A stretch of DNA of 64,000 nucleotides from an uncultured Gammaproteobacteria bacterium (GCA_963773065.1 CAVYZN010000016.1:32001-96000), one strand, 5' to 3'. Positions 43,589 to 55,398 are shown, numbered from the stretch's first letter. Notes: generated by a model not told the origin, from the letters alone. Numbers and translations are program-made.

Positions 43589-43984
43589 ATGTACGCGATG
43601 AAACGCACTCTGACCTGTTTCCATTCGGCCCTGCTTAATTTAGCTTGTGCCTCATCAGTGCTCGCCGCAGAACAGGTACCAACCCAACCATATCCATGGC
43701 CGGGGTGGCACGCAATGCCTTGGCCAGCTTTCTGGTGGATATTTCCGCTCATGTTTTTCGTGATGATGATTGTGATGATCATTTTCATGATGAGAAGGGG
43801 GTGCATGGGCTGCATGTGGCGTGATCGTATGATGGATAGACCCGAATTTCGCGATGCCATGAAACGATCTTTGGGCGAACATTCAGAGTCCGCTCTGGAA
43901 ATACTGAATAAACGCTATGCAAAGGGTGAAATCGACACGAAAGAGTACGAAGAGAAAAAAGCTGCAATTACTCGCTCAGGGTAA
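43589..43984 (+). CDS. SHOCT-domain membrane protein
   Basis: Met/Trp-rich TM segment; ALEILNKRYAKGEIDTKEYEEKK. Confidence 0.85.
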   Translation: MYAMKRTLTCFHSALLNLACASSVLAAEQVPTQPYPWPGWHAMPWPAFWWIFPLMFFVMMIVMIIFMMRRGCMGCMWRDRMMDRPEFRDAMKRSLGEHSESALEILNKRYAKGEIDTKEYEEKKAAITRSG

Positions 43985-44558
43985 CCTTTTTGTGGATATG
44001 TTGCCTAACCCCTCGCTTCGAGTATGACCTCGTAAAACGTTCCACGCGTTTCTCGGCGCCTCAAGCAGAAAGTCGGTGTAGTTTAGTGGAGTGCAGATCA
44101 CAATCTGTATTTGAATGCCTGCCTTACAGCATTAATCAGGCTTACAATGAAATTTGGCATATGATCTGTATTGGCCGATAACCAAAGTACGATTGCCGGA
44201 TATGAACGGCAAGTTATGCTGCGTTCCTGACCTACACAAGGAGTTGGGGAACGGCAAGTCCTGGCCGATAGTTGCCAACCAGGGACCACGCATAAGCGGG
44301 GTTCTGTGCTTCTGGGAGTGGCATGTTCTGGCGCGTGTCCGGAAATTTAATCAGCTCTTCTATTAGGGTCAGCTAATTGGCGGGAGACGACCCAAATGAA
44401 CCCTTTATCGCCTCTGGCTATTGTTAGTGCATCTTGCCTTTAACTTATGTTTACACTCAAAGGCACCATTAGCCATGTATCCGCAGTCTTCACGCCGAAT
44501 CGCACTTAGTTAAACCCTGACTCGGGTAAATAGCCACGGAACCCCACGGAAGACCCGG

Positions 44559-44627
44559 CTGTAGGTGCGAATTTATTCGCATATACTGACCCATGAGTTA
44601 ACCGTGCGAATAAATTCGCACCTACAG
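44559..44627. repeat. GTAG-type REP doublet (REPIN-like)
   Basis: ctgtaggtgcgaatttattcgca (44559-44581) and its exact reverse complement (44605-44627). Confidence 0.85.
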
Positions 44628-44643
44628 GGGAGGACGCAGGGCA

Positions 44644-44714
44644 GAAAAGGGGTCGAAGCTCTATTATTGCCATTTCTGTATTCCGACTCCAAGAAAAGGG
44701 CATTTACCCCTTTT
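44644..44714. repeat. degenerate AAAAGGGGTC-family palindrome doublet
   Basis: gaaaaggggtcgaagctctatt and gaaaagggcatttacccctttt. Confidence 0.6.
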
Positions 44715-44733
44715 TCCGATAGAATCCGGAGCC

Positions 44734-47700
44734 ATGCTGCACATCTGCCGTTCCAATCGCGTCGAGTCACTGCTAGAGCGCCTGGCGGACCGGCTCGGCG
44801 AGGAGCCGCTTTCCTCGCCTTTCCTGCCCGAGGTGGTGGTGACGCCGAGCCCCGCTATGGCGCGCTGGGTCAATCTGCAACTCGCCGGCCGGCACGGGGT
44901 GGCGGCCAATTACCGCTATCCGCTGCCGGCCGCGTTCATCTGGCAGCTCGCGCGCGATCTGCTCGGCGATCTGCCCGATACCGACCCGCTCGCGAGCGAT
45001 GTCATGACCTGGAAGGTCTACGCGCTGCTGCCTGAACTGATTGAGGAGCCGGCCTTTGAATCCATCGCTCACTACCTGCAGCAGGATGCCGGTGGCCTGA
45101 AGCGTTTCCAGCTCGCCGGCCGGATCGCGGACGTCTTCGACCGTTACCAGTTCTACCGGCCGCAGCTGTTGCGTGACTGGGGTGCCGGCAAGGACGGACA
45201 GTGGCAGGCGGTGTTGTGGCGCCGGTTGACCCGCGGGATCACCCAGCACCGCCTCGCCGTCATCGCGCGCCTGCTGTCGCGCCTCCAGAAAAGAAGGGAA
45301 AAGGGGTCAGAGCCCTTTTCTGAACAGAGTGGCCTGACTGGTAATTTTATTTCGCCTGAAGAAAAGGGGTCTGACCCCTTTTTGCCGGAGCGCGTCAGCC
45401 TGTTCGCCATCTCCAGTCTGCCGCCGCTGTTCGTCGAGGTGCTGCACGCGCTCGCCGCGCATACCCGCATCGACCTCTACCTGCACAGTCCGACCGACCA
45501 GTTCTGGGCGGACCTGGTATCCCAGAAGACGCTGGCGCGCAAGCGTCTGGCTGAGCCCGAGGCCGCCGAGCTGTGGGAAACGGGTAACAGCCTGCTGGCC
45601 TCCTGGGGCCGCCAGGGGCAGGCCCTGCAGGATCTGTTGCTGATGCAGGAAACCCCGGCCACCGAGGAGGATGCCTTCAGCGCGCCCGAGACGGAGTCGC
45701 TGCTTGCGCATCTGCAGCGGGACATCTACACCCTGCGGCCCATGGCGGCCCCCGGCGAGCGGATGGCCGTCGAACCCGACGCTTCGCTGCAGGTGCATGT
45801 GTGTCACAGTCCGCAGCGGGAATGCCAGGTGCTGCACGATGGCCTGCTGGCGATGCTGGACGGCGACCCGGCACTGCGTCCCGAGGACATGCTGGTCATG
45901 GTGCCGGAGATCAGCCTCTATGCCCCCTACATCGAGGCCGTGTTCGAACAGGATGCGGAATCCGACCGGCCGTTCATTCCCTGGAACCTGTCGGATATCT
46001 CGCTGCGCGACGAGCATCCGCTGGTGCGGGTGTTCCTGCAGTTGCTGGACCTGCCGCACAGCCGTTTCAGCCACACGGAAATCCTGTCCTGCCTCGACGT
46101 GCCGGAGCTGGCCGGACGGTTCGGGCTGGACGGCGAGGCGCTGGCGCAGATCCGGGAATGGCTGGCAGAGGCCAGGCTGCGCTGGGGATTGAGCGGTGCG
46201 CACAAGCGGCAGTTCGGCCTGCCCGGCACGGAGGAGAACACCTGGGCGCAGGTCGAACGACGCCTGTTCGGCGGCTACGCCCTGGGCGAGGGCGAGCTGT
46301 TCGAAGACATCGCCCCGATTGCCGGCGTGGATGGCGCCCGGGGCGAAATCCTCGGCCGGTTCTGGCGGCTGCTGTCCTGTCTCATCGAGTATGCCGAGCG
46401 GCTGCGCCGCCCGCGCCGCGCCGGCGAGTGGCAGGAATGTCTGGGCCGCCTGCTCGATGATTTCTTCGGTGAACAGGAGGACGAGGAGGGCAGGATCCAG
46501 AAAATCCGCGATGCCCTGGCGGATCTGGCCGGACAGGCCGGCGGCCTGGACGAGACCCTGCCCGTTGCCCTGGTGCGTCACTGGCTGGAGCGGCAACTGG
46601 GCACGCAGACCCGTCACGGACGCTATTTCAGCGGCGGCGTGACCTTCTGCGGCATGCGCCCCATGCGCAGCCTGCCCTTCAAGGTGATCTGTGTGCTGGG
46701 ACTGCATGACCAGGCATTTCCGCGCCGCGAGCAGCCGGCCGAGTTCGACCTGATGCGCGAGCACTGGCGTCCCGGCGACCCGCGCAAGGGGGCCGAAGAC
46801 CGCTACCTGTTCCTGGAAACGCTGCTGTGCGCGCGGCAGGTCCTCTACCTCAGCTACGTCGGGCGCGACATCCGCAACAACAGCGAGCGCCAGCCCTCGG
46901 TGCTGCTGCGGGAACTGCTGGATTATATCGACCAGCAGTACGTGGATGCCGGTGGCGATGCCGGGGACCAGGCTCAGTGCGCGGCTGACGCGCGTGCATC
47001 CGCTGCAGCCCTTCAGTCGCGCGCAATTACCGCGGCGAGCCGCGCAGCTACGACGGCGACTGGTGTGCGGTGGCGCAGGCGATGCGGCAGCCGCTGCGGC
47101 CCGAACCGGCGGGCGCGGACTGGAACCGCACCCGGTTGCCCGCCGCCCCGGACACCCTGCGCACCGTCAGCCTCACGCAATTGCTGCGCTTCGTGCGCCA
47201 TCCGGTCAGGTACTTCGTGAATACGCGCCTGCAGGTCTACCTGCGGGAGGAGGCGCCGGGTGAAGATGACGAGGTGTTCAGCGCTGGATGCGCTGCAGAG
47301 CTTCAGCCTGAAACAGCGCCTGGTGGATGATTACCTCAAGGGACGGCCGACTCCCGCGCGGCAACTCAGTGCCGAGGGCATCCTGCCGCACGGGGCCTTC
47401 GCCGGTCTCGCCTGGCAGCAGGAGTCACTGAAAGTGCAGCCACTGACGCAGCGGCTCGCGGCCTACCGGGCGCACCCGCCGGAGCAACGGCTGGTCGACC
47501 TGCCATTCGAGAACGAGGCCGCGGGATCGCTCCGACTCGCGGGGCAGATCAAGGGCATTTACCCGGGGCCCGGTCTGCTGCGCTACCGGCCGGGTGCCCT
47601 CAAGGGGCCGGACATCCTGGCGCTGTGGCTGGAACACCTGGCCTGGTGCGCCGGTGATGGCGGCCGGCGACAAATGCAGCACCCTGCACGGGACGACCGG

Positions 47701-48044
47701 GCAGTTCACCCTCACGCAGAGCCTTGACCCGGCCGAGGCGCGGGCGCACCTCGCCCGCTACCTGCAGTGGTACCGGGAGGGGCTGCACCGGCCGCTGCCG
47801 TTGCTGCCCGGCGCGAGCCATGCGTGGATGCGCGCGAGTCAGGGCGGCCGGGCCGACCCGCTCAACGCCGCGCTCGCCGCCTGGAACGGCAACGAATTCA
47901 CCGGTATCCCCGGCGACAAGGACGATGCCTATATCGAACTGGTGATGCGCGGCGTCGCGGGGAACCCGATCGACCAGCCGGAGTTCGCGGAACTGGCGGC
48001 AGGCGTTCTACGCCGACGCGCTGGCCGCAGGAGAGCTGTCATGA
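44734..48044 (+). CDS. recC: exodeoxyribonuclease V gamma subunit, several frameshifts
   Basis: SNRVESL, DVFDRYQFYRP, LLASWG..G, HVCHSPQRE, PMRSLPFKVICVLG, DRYLFLE. Confidence 0.95.
45298..45382. repeat. palindromic REP-like doublet inside the recC reading frame
   Basis: gaaaaggggtcagagcccttttc and gaaaaggggtctgacccctttt are inverted copies differing at one base. Confidence 0.85.
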
Positions 48045-51000
48045 GTTTCCAGATGCTCGATCCGCCGGCGGTACTCGCATTCCCCCTGACCGGCATGCGG
48101 CTGATCGAGGCGAGCGCCGGGACCGGCAAGACCTACACCATCGCCAATCTCTACCTGCGCCATATCGTGGAAGGGCGCGATGTCGCCGAGGTGCTGGTGG
48201 TGACTTTCACGGTGGCCGCCACCGATGAGCTGCGCGGGCGCATCCGCGCGCGCCTGTTCGAGACCCTGGCACTGCTGGAACACGAGGCGGACACGGACGA
48301 CAGTTTCCTGGCCGGACTGGCCGTCCGGCTCAAGGAACAGGGCCTCGCGGAACAAACCGTCAAGCGCCTGCGGCTCGCGGTGCGCGCCATGGACGAGGCC
48401 GCTATCTACACCATCCACGGCTTCTGCCAGCGCACCCTGAGCGAATTCGCCTTCAACAGCGGCCAGCAGTTTCAGCTTGAGGTGCTGGCCGACGACGGCG
48501 ATTTGTGGCGCCGGGCCATTCAGGACTGGTGGCGCAAGACCGGTTATCCTCTTGATGCGGTGCAGGCCCGCCTGTTCCGCGACAGCCTGGGAGACCTCGA
48601 CGCGTTCGAGGCGCTGGTCAAGCCGCTGCTCGGTGTGCAGCACAAGCGGTTGCTGCCCGAGGTGGAAAACTGGGATCAGTTGCTCACCCGCTGGGATGCG
48701 CTCGCCGTCGAGCTGGATGCACTGGCCGACCACTGGCGAGGGGATGGCGCCTCGCTGCAGCAGATATTGCGCGAATCGAAGGGGCTCAGCCGTGCCCAGT
48801 CAAGTCCCTATCAGTCGGACCGGATCGATCAGGCGCTTGCCCTCCTCGACGACTACTTCGCCGAGGCGGAACGCATGCCGCCGCCGGATGCCTTCGAAGT
48901 GCTGACGCCGCAGTGCCTGCGGCGGTTTGCGTTGAAGAAGGCCGATCCGGCGCTCGAGCGAGGGTTTTTCCTGCGCTGCGGTGAGGTATGGGGAAGGTCT
49001 GCGCGCGCTGAAACGCGACCTGCGCGCCGCCGCCCTGACAGAAGCCGCGGCCTTCGCGCGCGAGCAGGTCAGGCAGGCCAAATTCACGGCCCAGGTGCTC
49101 TCCTACGACGATTTGCTCGCCGAGATGTACCGGGCGCTGCAGAGCGGCAACGGCGCGGCTCTGGCGGAGTCGGTGTGCACGCGTTTTCCGGTGGCGATGA
49201 TCGACGAGTTTCAGGATACCGACCCGGTGCAGTACGGCATCTTCCGCGAACTCTACCGCGGCCGGCTGGACTGCGGCCTGATCCTGATCGGCGACCCCAA
49301 GCAGGCCATCTACAGTTTCCGCGGCGGCGATATCTTCACCTACATGCAGGCCAAGCAGGACGTGGGCGCGGACAGCGTCTACACCCTGAACATCAACTGG
49401 CGCTCGACGCCGGAGGTGCTGAACGCAGTTAACGCCTTCTTCAGGCAGCGTGAGAGGGATGCCTTCGTTTATGGAGAAACCATTCCGTTTATCGGCACCC
49501 ACGCGGCGGACAAGTCGCATCGCTATCTGCAAAGGGACGGTGAGCGGCAAGCCGCGCTGCAACTCTGGTTGCTGCCCGAGGGCCGCAACGCGAAAGGCGA
49601 GGCGAAACCGCTCTCGAAAGAGGAGGCGAGCGGGCTGAGCCATGACGCCGTGGCGCAGGAGATCACGCGGCTCATCGCCGAGGGCAGAGCCGGGACGGCG
49701 CGGCTCGGCGACCGGGCGCTCTGTCCCCGCGATATCGCGGTGCTGGTGCGTACCTCCTTACGAGGCCTCGGGTCTGCGCCGGGTGCTCTCGGAACATGGC
49801 GTCAATGCCGTCTCCGTCGGGCGCGAGGGCGTGTTCAATACCCCGGAGGCGGCGGCTCTGGAGGTGCTGCTCCAGGCCGTGCTCGCCCCGCGCGAGCGGG
49901 AACTCGCGCGCCTGGCGCTGACCTCCGCGCTGCTCGCCCTGGACTACGCGCAGATCGAGCGCATCCTCCAGAGCGAAGCGCAGTGGGTGGACTGGGTGGA
50001 TCAATTGCGGCTGTTGCACCAGGTCTGGCAGCGCAAGGGATTCATGTCGATGTTCCAGCAGATGCTGCGTCGCCTGGGTATCGCCGAGGCGCTCGGCCGG
50101 GGCGAACAGGCCGAGCGCCGCCTGACCAATCTGCTGCATCTGGGCGAGTTGCTGCAGCAGGCTTCCAAGGCTCACCCGGGCATGGACGCGTTGCTGGGAT
50201 GGTATCGGGAGCAGCGCGACCGCGGCGCGGCGGAAGAATCCGAACTGCGTCTGGAAAGCGATGAGGAGCTGGTGCAGATCGTCACCATCCATGCCAGCAA
50301 GGGGCTGGAGTATCCGGTGGTCTTCGTACCCTACCTGTGGGGCTGCAAACCGCGCGCACTGAACGGCTTGCTGGGGTTTCACCGCGGCAACGAGGCGTGT
50401 CTGGATGCCGGGTCCGACGCCATCGAGGAGCATCTCCTCCTCGCCGAGCAGGAACGCCTGGCCGAGGACGTGCGCCTGGCCTATGTGGCGCTGACCCGCG
50501 CGGAGGCCGCCCTCTATCTGGTGTGGGGGCGGGCCGGATCCAGAGACGGTTCCGCCGGCCAGACCGCGCTGGCCTGGCTGCTGCACCCGCACCAGGCGCG
50601 GGAACGGCTGGCCGCGGAGCGCCCGGACGCGTTTGCCGGCCTGGCGGACCTGGAGCCGGACCTGCACCGGCTGGCGGAGCGGGCGCGGGGCGACATCGTC
50701 GTTACCCCGCTGCCGCAGTCCGTGGCGGAGACCGTGGCGCCGCCGGCCGGAGAAGCCGGAAGCGCTGGCGCCCCGGCGCTTCACCGGTCACATCGCCACC
50801 GACTGGCGGATCAACAGCTTTTCCGCCCTGACACGGGATGTCCATTCCGGTCCGGCGATTCCGCGTGCCGGCGCGGCGGATGACCCGGCGCTGCAATTTC
50901 CGGCGGGCAGCCATGTCGGCTCCTATCTCCACTTGCTGCTCGAATGCCTGGATTTCCGGGGCGATGTCGAACGGCAGGTGCTGCAGCACAGCGCGCAGGT

Positions 51001-51616
51001 GGCCGCGCGCTTCAACCTGGATCACGAACGCTGGGGCGCGAGCGCGGCCGAGTGGCTGGCGCGGGTGATCGCCACGCCGCTCGATGCGCAGGGGTTGCGG
51101 CTGGCGCAACTGCCGCCGCAGGCGCGGCTCAACGAACTGGAGTTCGATTTCTCCACGCAGCGGGTCGACATCCCTTCCCTGAATGCCTTACTGGAACAGG
51201 CGGCCGGTCGGCCTCTGCCGCCGCTCGAGGTCGCGACCTTCCGGGGCATGGTCACCGGCATCATCGACCTGGTGTTCGAGTACGAGGGCCGGTTCTACAT
51301 CGCCGACTACAAGAGCAACTTCCTCGGCGGGCAGTTCGGCGACTACGAACGGCCCGGGCTCGAGCGGGCCGTGTACGAACGCCGCTATGACCTGCAGTAC
51401 CTGCTCTACACCCTGGCGCTGCACCGCTACCTGCGCCAGCGCGTCGACGGCTACGACTATGCGCGCCATTTCGGCGGGATCCACTACCTGTTCCTGCGCG
51501 GCATGCGGCCGGAAAGCGGGGCGGCGTGCGGGGTGTACTTCGTCCGGCCCGACCCGGCGCTGGTGGAGGCGCTGGACCGGCAAATATTCCACCCTGATGA
51601 GGCGGTAGCGACATGA
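48041..51616 (+). CDS. recB: exodeoxyribonuclease V beta subunit, several frameshifts
   Basis: IEASAGTGKT, TIHGFC, IDEFQDTD, GDPKQAIYSFRG, TIHASKGLEY, YVALTRA, IDLVF..DYKSN, YDLQY. Confidence 0.95.
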
Positions 51617-53440
51617 GCGACGTGTTGCGGCGCCTGATGGACACCGGCGGTCTCCCGCCGCTGGCGTATTACTTCGCCCGCTTCGTGGCGCGCGGCTGCG
51701 GGGTGGATGAGGACGGTCTGCTGGCCCGGAGCGCCGCCCTGGTCAGCCTGCGCAACCTGCAGGGCGACGTCTGCGTGGACCTCGCGCAGTATGCGGGCCG
51801 ACCCCTGTTCGGGGATGACGACGAGGCATCGCGCGAGCTTCCCCGTGCACCGGCGCTCGGCGAGTGGCTGGAGGCGCTGGCCGCTGCGACCTGGGTGGGT
51901 CGGCCCGGCATCAGCGCGCCGCTCATCCTGGATAACCACCGCCTCTACCTCGGCAAGTACTGGCAGTACGAACAGACAGTGGCCGAGGCCCTGCGGGAGC
52001 GTCTGGAATCCGTGGCGGCGCTGGACGCGGCGCGGCTGGCCGATGGCCTGCGGCGGCTGTTCAGGGATGCGCAGGATGGCGCGACAGATTGGCAGAAGGT
52101 CGCGGCGGCGATCGCGGTCAGCCGCCGTTTTGCCGTGATTTCGGGCGGACCGGGTACCGGCAAGACCACCACCGTGGTGAAGGTGCTGGCGCTGCTGTTG
52201 GAGCAGGACCCGAGACTGCACATCGCCCTGGCGGCGCCCACCGGCAAGGCGGCGGCGCGTCTCACGGAAGCCATCCGCGGCGGCAAGGGCTGCGTCGACG
52301 CCGCGGCTGGAGTGCTGGCCGGCATACCGGAGGAGGCGAGCACGCTGCACCGGTTGCTCGGCGCCGGGTTCGGCAGCGGCTTCCGCCACAACCGGGACAA
52401 CCCGCTGGTGCTCGACTGCCTGGTGGTGGACGAGGCCTCGATGATCGACCTGCCGCTAATGGCCCGTCTGCTCGAGGCCCTGCCGGCGCAGACCCGCCTC
52501 ATCCTGCTCGGCGACCGCGACCAACTGGCCTCGGTCGAGGCGGGCAACGTGCTCGGTGATATCACCGGTCATGGCCAGGAGATCCGTTACAGCCGGCCGC
52601 AAATCGATTTCCTGGAAGCTCTCGGCGTGGCGCCCGGCGGGGTGCTGCCGAGAGCGTCGCAGTCGCCGCGCGTCGCCGATGCGGTGGGACTGCTGCGGGT
52701 CAGCTACCGTTTTGCCGCGGACAGCGGCATCAGCGAGTTGGCGCGCCGGGTCAATGCCGGGGAGGGGGAGGCAGCGCTGCGGCTGTTCGGGGATGATCGC
52801 TACCGCGATATCGCCTGGCTCGACGCGCGGGAGGGTGGCCTCAATCCCGCCTGCATGGACTGGGCGGTGGATCGCTATGCCCGTTATCTGCAGGAGGACG
52901 ATGTGGCCGCCGCGCTTCGGTCCTTCGAGCAGACGCGGGTGCTGGCCGCGCTGCAGGGCGGAGCCTTCGGCGTCGAGGAAATCAACCGGCGCATCGCCGA
53001 GCGGCTGCAGGCGCGTGGGCTGATCCAAGGCGGCGAGGAATACCACGGCAAACCCGTCATGGTGACGACCAACGACTACGAAGTGGGCCTGTTCAACGGC
53101 GACATCGGCCTGTTATGGCGCGCCGCGGACGATACCCTGCGCGCCTGGTTTGCCTTCACGGCAAACGAGCCGCGCAGTGTTTCCATCCGCCAGTTGCCCG
53201 AACACGTCTGTGCCTACGCCCTGACGGTGCACAAGAGCCAGGGTTCCGAGTTCGACGAGGTGCTGCTGGTGTTACCCGCAACGGAAAGCCGGGTGCTGAC
53301 CCGTGAGCTGGTTTACACCGGTGTTACCCGGGCGAGACGCCGGGTAACCATCCAGGGCGAGCGGCAGACCTTCCTGCAAGGCTGCCAGCATCGCGTGCTG
53401 CGGGCCTCCGCCCTGTCGGAGAAGCTCGGCTGGGGCAGGG
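51613..53440 (+). CDS. recD: exodeoxyribonuclease V alpha subunit (3' end approximate)
   Basis: GGPGTGKTT, APTGKAA, TLHRLLG, VDEASM, GDRDQL, TVHKSQGSEF, YTGVTRA. Confidence 0.95.
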
Positions 53441-53541
53441 AGCAGAGGAAACATCATCAGGCCACCCTCAATAATCCTGAACAAATCCCGATTTTTCGAG
53501 GTTCCCATGCGTTGGGAGGCATGGACGCGTGTCGGGTGCGG

Positions 53542-54405
53542 CTACCCCCGCTGCTTGAAAATCCAGACTTCATTCAGGCGGAGTGTTTCCTTGACCTCTT
53601 CGGCATGGGTTTGCGCTTCTTTTGCCGTCGCAAAGCCGGTGAGCTGTACGCGCCAGAACATCCGGCCTTTCACCTCGGCTTGGTTCTGCTCCACGGGGAC
53701 GCCGCGGTCGCGTGCGCTGGCCGCGAACCGTCCCGCCACCGCCTTGTTCGGGTCGGACAGCAAATTGATCACCCAAGGGCCCTTCTTGCCGCTCCCCTGC
53801 GCAAGAACCGCGTCGGTTGCGAGGGCGGTGGTAATCGGGATTGCTGGTTCTCCTTTGCGTGCCTCGACCGGTGTCTCCTTCACGGAATCCTGCGCCGCCG
53901 CGGTGTCACCCGCTGCCCCGCTGACCATGGTCACAGGTTGCGACTCGACGGGTGTGGACGCCGCCGCGGGTGTTTCCGCAAGCGCTCTCCTCACTCTGCC
54001 GGTGGCTTCCGTAGATTCGGGCGCGACATCGGCAGGCGACCGCGCAATGCCTGCCGCGGGCGCCTCGGAAGGGATGTCCACTTCCGTGATTGCCGTCGTC
54101 CCTTCCTCTGCTGCCCAGGCCGCGACGGTAGCCTGCCGCTGCTGCGAGGTGACCGAGGCGAGTTTGGCGTCGAGACCGGAAAATGCCTCGGTCAGCGCCC
54201 GTACGCGCGCATTCAGTGAGGTATATTTTCCCTCGAGCAGGCTGGCGGGAAAGGCCCAGGTCTTTACCTCGACCAACTCGCTTTCCAGTGCACTCAGCCG
54301 CTTGTTGATGTCGAAAATATAGAGATTGACGCCAACGGTAAGACAGATAACGACGATCAGGGAAAACAGCTCCAGATATTTCAATATGCGATTATTAATG
54401 GCCAA
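53542..54405 (-). CDS. membrane-anchored SPOR-domain protein
   Basis: N-terminal TM, Ala/Pro/Glu linker, WVINL.S..WRVQLTGF.T..EA. Confidence 0.8.
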   Translation of the reverse strand: MAINNRILKYLELFSLIVVICLTVGVNLYIFDINKRLSALESELVEVKTWAFPASLLEGKYTSLNARVRALTEAFSGLDAKLASVTSQQRQATVAAWAAEEGTTAITEVDIPSEAPAAGIARSPADVAPESTEATGRVRRALAETPAAASTPVESQPVTMVSGAAGDTAAAQDSVKETPVEARKGEPAIPITTALATDAVLAQGSGKKGPWVINLLSDPNKAVAGRFAASARDRGVPVEQNQAEVKGRMFWRVQLTGFATAKEAQTHAEEVKETLRLNEVWIFKQRG

Positions 54406-54690
54406 CGGTATTTGCCCTTGAGTTGTGAGTCGATTGACGTCGGGTTCTTTCCGGATAGGTCAAGGCGCCCGGGGTGGCTGGAGTTCTGCAGGGCCGGTCT
54501 CTGTAGAGGAAGAGTCCTGCGTTTTCCGCTACCTCTATTACACAGGCAAGCATCATTCAAACAGGTACTGAAAACCCGGCCTTTGTGGATGCTCATTTTT
54601 CTGATTGGTACAGCAAAACAAGAACGACGGCCCGGCGGGCGGCGCTACGTTTAGGGATCGACATGGTGATGGCAATTGACAGTGCTGGCA

Positions 54691-54894
54691 TCACCATCTT
54701 TTCACTATCCGACAAAGTAATCTTGTGAACAGGGTTTCAGTCGCCGGGTGATTATAAACATGCTCCAGAGGTACCCATTCTGCCGAGATACTATTCAATC
54801 GCCGGTCTGGGAATCTTCGCCGATTGTGGGGATAGGCCTGCTCCTCCTTGGTGTCGAAGCTGCGCCTGTCTGTCAACTTCCTCCGGTCTCGCAT
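54691..54894 (-). CDS. small hypothetical protein with DRR repeats
   Basis: DRR..DRR..NRR..DRR pattern. Confidence 0.45.
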   Translation of the reverse strand: MRDRRKLTDRRSFDTKEEQAYPHNRRRFPDRRLNSISAEWVPLEHVYNHPATETLFTRLLCRIVKRW

Positions 54895-55080
54895 CCCTCA
54901 TCCTGCATTCATGAGTTTTCAAGCGGAGGGATTCTATCAAATCACTGTCCTAGTGACTAACGCTTCTGATCTTCGAGGAGAACGTCGCATTGGGGTCACC
55001 AAATTTTCACCTCCAGCCCCCGCATTCGCGGGGTATTGGCTAGAATGACGGGTTTGGTCAGGGTATCACCTGACCCCGTG

Positions 55081-55398
55081 TCAGCCGCCTCTGTCGACCT
55101 CTTCCGATGGATTGTCCGGCAAGCGGGCATAGGGGTGGTCAATGGGCGTTTCCACATAGGCCTGGCGTGTCTTTTCGGATTCGAAATAAATGGTCAGATT
55201 CCCATCGACGATATAGGGGTGGCCTGATACGTTCTCGATATCCCGGTTGGTAATCGGATCAATGGTATTGATGAGATGGTCCGGCTCATGCAGCCGATGG
55301 CTTTGCTCCCGATCGCGAGGCAATGGATCCGAAGCGACCCAGTTGAGGTTTTCAATACCCTGAACCGGGGTACGTTGAGTAGGTGTCGAGATGGTCAT
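55081..55398 (-). CDS. small YHS-like protein
   Basis: IDPIT...DGNLTIYFESEKTRQAY resembles a YHS fold without Cys; AAGGAG RBS. Confidence 0.6.
   Translation of the reverse strand: MTISTPTQRTPVQGIENLNWVASDPLPRDREQSHRLHEPDHLINTIDPITNRDIENVSGHPYIVDGNLTIYFESEKTRQAYVETPIDHPYARLPDNPSEEVDRGG

Noticed and set aside
41900-44720. CRISPR array
   Set aside because: The repeats are not identical or regularly spaced, and there are no cas genes
45307-46764. Long antisense ORFs (also 2746-3801, 5154-6128, 49672-50784, 61054-62472)
   Set aside because: They are shadow ORFs of high-GC genes with no recognisable motifs
2788-51616. Numerous frameshifts (hipA, dehydrogenase, rsd, ycbK, mlaA, mlaC, usp, araC, ygiQ, recC, recB) as pseudogenes or programmed frameshifting
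   Set aside because: They are spread evenly across conserved genes as single-base indels with otherwise intact motifs, which points to long-read sequencing error
53440-54219. Apparent 260-aa C-terminal extension of RecD (868-aa ORF)
   Set aside because: Homology ends near SEKLGW; the extension is antisense to the SPOR gene and reads like shadow-frame sequence, so a lost stop is more likely
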